Virus record (IMG/VR): IMGVR_UViG_3300010885_031309
Source: a virus
Taxonomy: Duplodnaviria > Caudoviricetes
Length of the DNA: 64,000 bases
Direction: 5' to 3' (one strand)
The notes under the pieces are model-generated. The model saw only the letters and a program-made list of their open reading frames with translations, did not search any database and was not told the origin of the DNA. Positions 40,397-48,397 of this stretch are shown here, piece by piece. Within the stretch, counting starts at the first letter, position 1; each line of letters begins with the position of its first letter. The position numbers were made by a program, and so were the translations under genes.

Positions 40397-40675
40397 GTGA
40401 GTAAAGAACGTATACCACTCAACTTACGCAGACGTGTCATTGAACGTGACGGTCTACGGTGTGTCTATTGCGATGACGACTTAACTGGTGCGGAAGTACA
40501 CCTTGATCATGTAGTGCCTGAAAGCTGTGGTGGTCCAACAACATACGACAACTTACAAGTTACCTGCCGTAAATGCAATCTTGCAAAAGGCGTACTTACT
40601 GAAGGTGAGTTCACGGCTAAATTACGTCAACGTGCAATAAACATACTGGCTAGACTAGGTCCTGGTTCAATATAA
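40397..40675 (+). CDS. Minimal HNH endonuclease
   Basis: C..C...HLDHVVPES.GG.T..DNLQVTC..CN..K; TATAAATA at 40384-40391. Confidence 0.85.
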   Translation: MSKERIPLNLRRRVIERDGLRCVYCDDDLTGAEVHLDHVVPESCGGPTTYDNLQVTCRKCNLAKGVLTEGEFTAKLRQRAINILARLGPGSI

Positions 40676-41018
40676 CAGACAAGCGACCACTTCATACAGT
40701 CCAGTCGGACATTTTCTAATTTTGATGGAGGCACTGAGTTACGAGTCAGACTATGCCCCTAGTTATCGTAATCGCTAGGTAATTTCAAGTCAGACAGAAG
40801 TGTGTTCTTTATAGACGCACAACATTTCCTTTTGCATATGGCGCTGTATTTTCTCCAAGAAGATTGACCTATCGTTCTTCTCTTTACACTGCGACAGCTT
40901 TGAACTGAGAGATCGCAGTAACTTGGAATACAGCATAACTTGGCGTACATGGAGATCATTTCAATCGTCTTTCGCTCTCGCAAGAGTACCCTCAATCTTC
41001 GGGCTCATGTACATATCT

Positions 41019-41106
41019 TGGTGGGGACTGAAGGAATCGAACCTAATTGCCGCCACTCTGCATATTATGGCAAGTGATTTACAGTCACCCGCAGAGAACA
41101 GCCCCC
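41019..41106 (-). ncRNA. D-armless tRNA-Tyr(GTA)-like RNA
   Basis: 8-bp acceptor, GGTGA-CTGTAAA-TCACT, TTCGATT loop, A73-CCA; CTCTGC complementary to GCAGAG in variable region. Confidence 0.7.
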
Positions 41107-41114
41107 AAAATTCT

Positions 41115-42220
41115 TTACCATATTTCAACACACTGATGGGCTTCTTTTAAGTCGAACTAACCCCGCACCCTAGTGATTTATTCCTCCCTGGTCAGAGGTT
41201 GTTTTCAATGTGTTGAAATATGGTTTCCTACTTTGCGCGACCGTTCGGAACAATTCAAGACGCACCCACTAAGCACAGTGTCCTTGATTCTCAGACCTGG
41301 GACTCGAACCCAGCACACTATCTTAGTTAGTAAGAGTGCAATCTTATTAACTTACGGTGTGAACCTATCTCTGATATTGCTTTTACCATATTTCAACACA
41401 CTCGTTGCATCAGTCGATAAGAGCAGTCGATACAAAAAATGTGTTGAAAAAAAACTCTATGCTAATTGTATAAAGAACTGTGTTGATTTCTCAACATTGA
41501 TGACAGTATATCAGTGTCCTGATTTATTGTCAAGAAACTGTCGGGTAGCTTAATGTGTGATTTCCACTACCCTGTTACTCTGTATCAGTCTAGGCTAATC
41601 ATTGCTGAAAATTCCTAGCATCAACCTGCGTCACACTGTGTTCAGACAGTTATAACTATAACAGGACCGTGATTTATTGTCAACAACTTTCAGTGATTAG
41701 ATCGAAATGCACTCGCATCTGCTTTTTGAGCCGCGTGTTCTCCGCCCTTGATTCCTAGACTAGTACTAGGGGCGTGTGCCCATTTACACTAGCACTTCGA
41801 TCTAATCACTGAATTTTAAAGAACTACGCTGATTTCTCAACGTTAGAGACAGTATATCAAACTTCTGATTTACTGTCAAGTTTCTGTAGTGATCTTGATT
41901 CAACACATGATACTATCTAGATGATTCAGTAGCTGTATCGGCCGATTATCTACTATCTGTCACCCTACGCTCCCTTGGTCCTTTGGGAATGGCTTACCCT
42001 GTGCTGAATCAAGATCACTACAGATTGTTAAAGAACAGCAGTTTACGCTACTGCCAAACGAAGACCTGTGGGTTCTCAGGCTACCCCACACTAGACGTTA
42101 TACTGACAACTGGGATTGTGCTTCCCGAAACATTCTGTAGCGGCGGTGGGAGTTTGTTGTCCCTCGTTTATGCCGACTACACTCAGACCCTGTTTGTTGT
42201 CAGTTCTCTAGCGTATGAAT
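41115..42220 (-). ncRNA. Cluster of long-stem-closed structured RNAs (about 41116-41224, 41221-41380, 41385-41449, 41545-41650, 41689-41813, 41890-42019, 42090-42211)
   Basis: Perfect 8-18 bp closing stems, no credible ORFs, four dedicated promoters. Confidence 0.65.
41590..41618 (-). ncRNA. Minimal CAGC-bulge element E6
   Basis: CTAGG-AATTTTCAGCAATGATTAG-CCTAG. Confidence 0.45.
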
Positions 42221-42247
42221 ACATTATAGACGAGGCTTGATTTATTG

Positions 42248-45200
42248 TCAAATTACGGCAAGACCAAAATGTTGCTTCAGTCCATTAACTGAGGCATTAC
42301 GCATGCCTTTCTCGATTTGGTCACGATAATCACCGTAGCCAAGAGGCGTACTATCAACAACCTCCATGCATTCCCTAACAATCAACTCGGCGAACTTATC
42401 CAATGCTGCTTGACTGATAATAAAGCCTTCCAAATCAGGATGCTTTGGGTCCCAGTATTTGTGCCTATTACATCCAGCCTCAAACGCAAATTCATCAATT
42501 CGTTCGTTCATTCTCATGCTCCTTTATTGCTCTTGTACCTTACGCAGAGTGGCGATCAGTTGGGGCAGCAGATTGATGCCAACGGAGCAGACAAATTCGC
42601 TTTCTGCTTCACCGGGTTCACCAACCCATACCTCTACCAAGTTGCTGCCGATTTGACGAGTTTGAAACGGATTGATTGTGACTTTCATCGTGTGCTCCTT
42701 GCTGTCTACTATGAATACAGTATAGCAAAGATCCGATTTATTGTCAAATGGTCTTTTCCAACCACAGACTACAGAATAGAACGGCAGTGACCAGCAGTGC
42801 TCGCATTTCCCCGTAGTTCTTGTCACTCCTTGCGAATCCTGCCAGACACATTGTTGCTACGAATCCAGCGAAATAAAAATATTCCATCATTCAACTCCTA
42901 GATAATCTTCAATATACTGTTTGACAGAAATAGCACCCGACGCTTCTTTTTCTAGACCATATGTAAGATACCCCACTTGAGCAACCTCACACATTCTCAT
43001 ACATTCCTGAACAATAAGTTCGGCGAACTTTTCCAAATCATAAGGTATTACTGTAGCAGTATCAACGCCATAGTTGTCAGAAGAAACATCAAATTCGATG
43101 TCAGCCTGCTTGGCCAGTTCCCGAATTCGTTCGTTCATCATTCAACCTCAAAACTGTCCAGGATCTGTCTACCGATACCTACTCGGCCCTCGTGTTCCAT
43201 AATACCAGCAACAAGGGCACATTCCCGAACAATCAGTTCGGCAAGTTTATTGGCCCTGCTAGCAATTTCAGGAGCAGCATACCCTGCTTCCTGCATTAAT
43301 TGATTTAATCGTTCGTTCATTTTACAAATCTTCCCCAAATAAACTTTAGACTCAAACCGTCGATCAGGCTCTGTTTGTAAGGTGTTGTAGGTGCCCAAAT
43401 AATATATCCCAAAATAATACCGTCAATCCAAGCAAGAATTAGCAGTAAGGTAATTTCTAATTCAGCCATCATTCAACTCCCGTTCTTCTTACGTTGTTGG
43501 ATATAGTATTCATTCATTCGCTTTTTCCATTCTTCGGGCGTTGGATCACGAAAGGAACCTTGTGGCTTACTTGAACCACGCCCGCTTTTGAAACTGTAAT
43601 ACGCTGTTCTAAAACTCACGATTCAACTCCGAAATGTTGTTCAAATCTTGTTCGCCATTCATTCAACCATGAAATATATTCGGTTGGCCTTTCACTTGGC
43701 TCAAAACAATGATAGCAATCATCCTCGGTTTGCTCCATCATACCGCACATTTCTTTGATAATCAACTCGGCGAACCGTTCGGCACTACGATCACCACCCC
43801 AATATACGGTAGGAGGATTGCCACCACGCATAGGATCATCTTCCGGATATTCTCGCACCATGTGAGCCTGCTGGTATAGTTCTTTTAGACGTTCGTTCAT
43901 TTTTTATTCCCGTTGACAATTTCATTAATTTTTTCAACAAAGTCTGGGTTTCGTTGAATGATTTCATCAATTACATCATCAAGTTCTGCTAGACTTCTTT
44001 TACCTACAGGATTACGTAGGTGATGGATCATTTCCTCCACTGTAAATTCTGGAGCAGATTCTTCATACTTGCTCATTTGTTACTCACTCCATACTTCTTC
44101 TTCAGTCGGTTGATCTCGGCCTTGAGATTACGATTTTCGTAGTCTGCCCAACCAGCGCGATCTTGCATTTCCTTCATCTGCTTTGCGAAGTCTCTATCAC
44201 TCGGTGTTAGGTCTTCTTCTGGCGTGATAATAAACTTACCACTGTCCCAGTCAAAGCCCATCTGGATATTTTTTATCTTAACAGTGGGCAATCCACCAAC
44301 AGTAGAGTACGGCAGTTTGATCTTAACCACCACCTCTGGGTCTTCGTGGTGGCCATCACGGTGAGATAGTTCAACAATACGTTTTAGTTCACTGAATTTC
44401 ATCATTCAACTCCTGTTTAACAATGCCTGTAGAGCATAAACGGCATCGTGTGTAGTAAAGAGTATAACATCATTTTCAATTACTGTATATAGATTAGGTT
44501 GATACTGATGTTGTGAATCATTAAGATCGTTTACCGTCTTTTCAACTTTTAGAACTACCGTTTCAGTTTTCACGAATCAACTCCAAATAATATGATAAAA
44601 CATTGGGCCAAACATTGCCGCAATGATAATAACAAACACAACTGCTGATCTCCAATGCCACGGCATCATTCAACTCCAAACTTTCTTCGAATGGCAGAAG
44701 CAAGAATAATTGCCGTTTCACTAGTACCATCGGGCATCGCATACAAGTCACACAATGCCGCACATTCCTGAACAATCAAATCACCAAACTCGCGCCAATC
44801 AAAGTCACCAATGTACTCACGATCACTAGCATGTTCCTTTTTCAATCCAGCTTGTTTGGCTAGTTCTAGCATTCGTGTGTTCATTTTTTAAACCTTGGAA
44901 TACCGCCTGCTGTGCCTACATATTGAAAGTTGTCTAGCACAGGAACAAGCCCGGCTAGATCACTGGTAGAATGACGGCAAATCTGTTTTGAGTCTGCACC
45001 ATCATGTAACATAAAATACAAGATGGTAGTACCTTCATCAATCTGTGGCTTAAAAATGTATTCCAAATCTTCTAGTATCATTTATCAACTCCAAAAATCT
45101 TATTAATCAGTGTAGCACAGTTAACCGCGGTAGCCTTGGTTTTTCTGGCCATTTCTCCGTTATTGACTAGTTCAGCTTGTTCAGCAACCGAGTAGCAAAT

Positions 45201-45756
45201 ACCAGAACACTGCTTTACGATCAATTCAACGAAATTAGTCAAATCAATGCCGCCGGCGTTGTTTCCTATCGCGTCATGATACATACCGTGGCTGTCACGC
45301 AACATGCCGGCACGATTTGCCAACCGTTCAATTAGTTCTTTATTCATACCAGCAAACCTCCGCGGCGCTGATCACTAACAAGATGCTCTTCTAGGCTACG
45401 GTTTACACACAGCCCGCCGTCATATGTCATTGGTTGACCAAGCCAACTCCACCACTCTAAATGAGATGGTGTGAATTTAGTTCCGGTCACGTTCCATGCT
45501 TTTTTGAAGCCCTCGGCAATTCCTTCTCTATGGGGCATCATTCGACTCCGAAATGTTCCTCAATCAATGAGATAGCATACAAATATGCTTCTGGGTCTTT
45601 AGTAAAGGGATGATGCTGTTCTAACCTAGTGACACATTCTTTCACAATCAACTCGGCGAACTTTTCTTCCCACATTGCATCAAAATCATCTTGATTTGGT
45701 TGCCTGACACACCAAATAGTGGCTTGCCGTCCAAGTTCACGAATTCGTTCTTTCAT
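42248..45756 (-). CDS. Cassette array with 7 MNERI...FAELIV...FGVE paralogues (42248-42517, 42887-43141, 43138-43398, 43616-43900, 44666-44884, 45078-45347, 45538-45756) and unrelated small ORFs (42524-42826, 44073-44405, 44881-45081, 45344-45541)
   Basis: Shared protein motifs and repeated GGAGTTGA(A)TG junctions. Confidence 0.75.
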
Positions 45757-45783
45757 AATACACCCTACACAAAATACTGTATA

Positions 45784-46005
45784 TTACACACACTTTGTTG
45801 TATTGTAGTCAACTACACACCCTGCAGGGATACAACGAGTGTGATTTCTGAATTGTATCAACAGCATGTTGTTTTTGGCTTCACCAAGTACCATGCCACT
45901 ACGACCGATATACTTGCGAACATAACGATGCATTCGGCCACTCTTACTCATGATGCTAACTACCCACACACGTTTGTTTTTCCAAAGTGCCTCTTGATAT
46001 GTCAT
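45784..46005 (-). CDS. Small basic hypothetical protein
   Basis: 73 aa ORF. Confidence 0.5.
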   Translation of the reverse strand: MTYQEALWKNKRVWVVSIMSKSGRMHRYVRKYIGRSGMVLGEAKNNMLLIQFRNHTRCIPAGCVVDYNTTKCV

Positions 46006-46029
46006 GGTATGTTGCCCGTTGATGATGTT

Positions 46030-46105
46030 TGGCGCGACTGGAGCGATTCGAACGCCCGACAGACCGGGTAGAAGCCGGTTATTCTATCCACTGAATTACA
46101 GTCGC
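46030..46105 (-). tRNA. tRNA-Arg(TCT)
   Basis: ACCGG-CTTCTAC-CCGGT. Confidence 0.92.
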
Positions 46106-46154
46106 AATATTGTTAGTATAAGTTAAGCTGAATTATTTGTCAAGAGAAATTTTT

Positions 46155-46424
46155 TGGCTCCCTGTCGTGGGGTCGAACCACGGACCAACAGATTCCGGTT
46201 TGTGTGACTTTCGCCACTCCCTGGACTTTATCTTGACCATAGCATTTCTGCCTTAGGTCCCTGCCGTCAAGTCTCTACACGTTCCCGTTTCTGGGCTTCG
46301 CTCGGTATTGCCATATGCTTTCGCACTTAGGTTTCACCGAATTTGACAGGATTTTCAACTACTGTTTCCAATAGAAGTGTCCATTTCTAAACAGTCTGCT
46401 GCTCTACCTCTGAGCTAACAGGGA
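46155..46424 (-). tRNA. tRNA-Asn(GTT) with Azoarcus-type group IC3 intron (46195-46389) at position 36/37
   Basis: GCAGA-CTGTT|AA-TCTGT; intron ends GTCCAGGGAGTGGCGAAAGTCACACAAACCGG, matching the Azoarcus tRNA-Ile intron 3' end as I recall it. Confidence 0.92.
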
Positions 46425-46433
46425 ATTGATTTT

Positions 46434-47033
46434 TTAATAACTTTTTCCTTCAAGATATCGTTTCATTCTTAAATGTCTACCGTTTCCTTTGTTTTTTCCT
46501 TTATAAGTCGGCGTTTGACTATGACAATTAGGACAAAGCAAAGACAAATTACTAATTTCGTTGTTCGTGCTGTTTCCGTCTATATGCTCTAGTTCCATAA
46601 CTAGTTCTTTGCCGTTCCACTCCGTTATACCACAATTCCAGCATTTATTTCCGTATTTGTCTAAAAGAAATTTCTTCATCGTCTTTGAAGACGCAATCTT
46701 TTCTTCTATTTTTTGAAGAGACTGATAATCTTGCTGACACTTGATACTACAATATTTGTTCTTGTTTGCTCTATAATACAGAGTCGTCGTATTACAGAAT
46801 ATACAGTTAAAGAAACTTTTCTTTTTATCCTTGGCTAAATTATTAAATGTAGCAGAGCAGGAACTATTACAAAACGCTTTCTTTCTTTTGAAGTCATCAT
46901 AAGACAGTGAAGTATTACAATGTTTACACAATTTTGGAGATTTGTTATATGCTATCTCATTGGCTTCTTTTATTTTAGCCCATGTTTTAGCAGACTCAAC
47001 CGCTCCTAATTTTCCTGCTTCCGATCTATTCAT
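46434..47033 (-). mobile_element. HNH endonuclease
   Basis: MELEHIDGNSTNN..NLSLLCPNCHSQT; paralogous to 38751-39278. Confidence 0.9.
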
Positions 47034-47045
47034 AATTTTATCAAA

Positions 47046-47119
47046 TGGTTCCCCGTGACGGTTACGCTCCGCCGACTAATGCTTACAAGGCAATCGTTAT
47101 GCTATTTAACTAACGGGGA
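47046..47119 (-). tRNA. tRNA-Thr(TGT)
   Basis: ATTGC-CTTGTAA-GCATT; CCA. Confidence 0.85.
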
Positions 47120-47194
47120 ATAATTTTGGCTATATCTTTCAAATAACTAATCTATTTAGACACAGTGTAACACTACAAAATTTTTTTGTCAAAT

Positions 47195-47272
47195 TTATTT
47201 GAACCAAAATGCATATGTAGTGCACAATATGTTCCATGCATTTACTAAAATAGTATCATCTTTCATTTTCAT
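47195..47272 (-). CDS. 25-aa peptide MKMKDDTILVNAWNILCTTYAFWFK
   Basis: AGGAG RBS directly upstream; follows a structured RNA. Confidence 0.45.
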   Translation of the reverse strand: MKMKDDTILVNAWNILCTTYAFWFK

Positions 47273-47281
47273 CTCCTGTTT

Positions 47282-47460
47282 TCACACTCTGTTTGAATGT
47301 GCATAGTAAAGAACACCACCGGATGCACTTTACTATATGTGAGACACCATACTAGTGTCTCACAATAGATTTCCCTTTATCGCACTCAGTCAGCCTAAAG
47401 AGTACTCGGCTGCTTCTTAGCGGTCCGGCGCTATTTCTATACCGCGATTTCCTGACGCGG
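47282..47460 (-). ncRNA. Multi-hairpin structured RNA downstream of attenuator
   Basis: CCGCG/CGCGG, AGCC/GGCT, GTGAGACAC/GTGTCTCAC, ATAGTAAAG/CTTTACTAT and CACATT/AGTGTG helices. Confidence 0.65.
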
Positions 47461-47480
47461 TTTTATTCTGTTACAAAAAC

Positions 47481-47512
47481 AAAAAAACCCTAGAATTTTT
47501 GGTTCTAGGGTT
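47481..47512 (-). terminator. Intrinsic terminator of attenuator
   Basis: AACCCTAGAA/TTCTAGGGTT 10-bp stem, then TTTTTGTTTTT. Confidence 0.88.
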
Positions 47513-47554
47513 CAAGTATTTGTAGTATTCTACTTTAGTTCTATACTTGAACCC
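47508..47554 (-). promoter_or_regulatory. Antiterminator hairpin
   Basis: 12-bp perfect GGGTTCAAGTAT/ATACTTGAACCC; 3' arm overlaps terminator 5' arm by AACCC. Confidence 0.8.
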
Positions 47555-47648
47555 CGATTAGACCATCATTATAGGCACGGCTAAAGCAGGGCATAGACCA
47601 TGTGGTCTGCTCTGATTTCACTGCGATAATGGAATGCTTGTGATTCAT
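47541..47648 (-). CDS. Leader peptide MNHKHSIIAVKSEQTTWSMPCFSRAYNDGLIGVQV (35 aa)
   Basis: Hand-translated; last codons form the antiterminator 5' arm; TTGACA-N17-TATATT promoter at about 47659-47687. Confidence 0.75.
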   Translation of the reverse strand: MNHKHSIIAVKSEQTTWSMPCFSRAYNDGLIGVQV

Positions 47649-47773
47649 AATAGTTACAAATATATTATATTTATCAGATCGTGTCAAAACAATTGGATAA
47701 CTGCGTTTTTTTGATTGTCTTATATTTTTGAGTTGTTTTCTGACAAATATATATTTTATTTATTCAATAATAA

Positions 47774-48370
47774 TTATTGCTGTGTGTTATTGCGTTTTTT
47801 TGCATAAAAAATATGATTTCCAACAGTCATTACTTTTTCATATTTCCAATTTGGATTTACTGTTGTGTTATGAAAGAACAGCACATTATTTGGCACTACA
47901 TCATTCCATGCGTTTTCAGTCAGCACTTTTCGTGCTATATCTTCAGCCTGACGATATGCTAGATTTCTTTCTGGAGTTTGTTTGCCCTCGCACACCCAAT
48001 TAAATTGACAGACTGTTTTATATTGTTCACTGTCTAGCTCAACTTGATTTTTTGCATAAATTACAGCACATGGATTTTTTGCGAAACCATGTTTGATACG
48101 GTTCATTACTACTCTTGCTACCATAACCTGTCCCATGAAGGGTTCGTTGCCTGCTTCGTGGTATATATTTGTGGCCATGCATCTTAGATATTCTTTATTA
48201 ATTGATGCATATGATTTAGCTTGAAATCTTTTTGACTCAATGATTGAGTATATTGCATCATTATAATCCAGTTGTTGCCGATACAGCATGCCAGAATAAA
48301 AAGAAGAGAGCATAATCACCGTGATTAAAAAAAATAAAAAATAAAGTCTACTCTTGCCAGATGTCGGCAT
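47774..48370 (-). CDS. SleB-like cell wall hydrolase (Hydrolase_2) with N-terminal TM
   Basis: CMATNIYHEA..E...GQ..VA.VVMNR...CQF.W...FFH...GNHIFY. Confidence 0.9.
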   Translation of the reverse strand: MPTSGKSRLYFLFFLITVIMLSSFYSGMLYRQQLDYNDAIYSIIESKRFQAKSYASINKEYLRCMATNIYHEAGNEPFMGQVMVARVVMNRIKHGFAKNPCAVIYAKNQVELDSEQYKTVCQFNWVCEGKQTPERNLAYRQAEDIARKVLTENAWNDVVPNNVLFFHNTTVNPNWKYEKVMTVGNHIFYAKKRNNTQQ

Positions 48371-48397
48371 GTTATGTCTCCTATACTATTAATTAGT

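Noticed and set aside
40690-41014. Possible TGA read-through ORF (MYMSPKIEG...DD*NDLH...)
   Set aside because: No recognisable homology, and a second stop follows; more likely decayed sequence
40923-42240. Plus-strand ORFs 40923-41150, 41173-41553, 41983-42240 and similar ORFs over tRNAs
   Set aside because: They are antisense to tRNA or structured RNA genes, with no RBS or protein motifs
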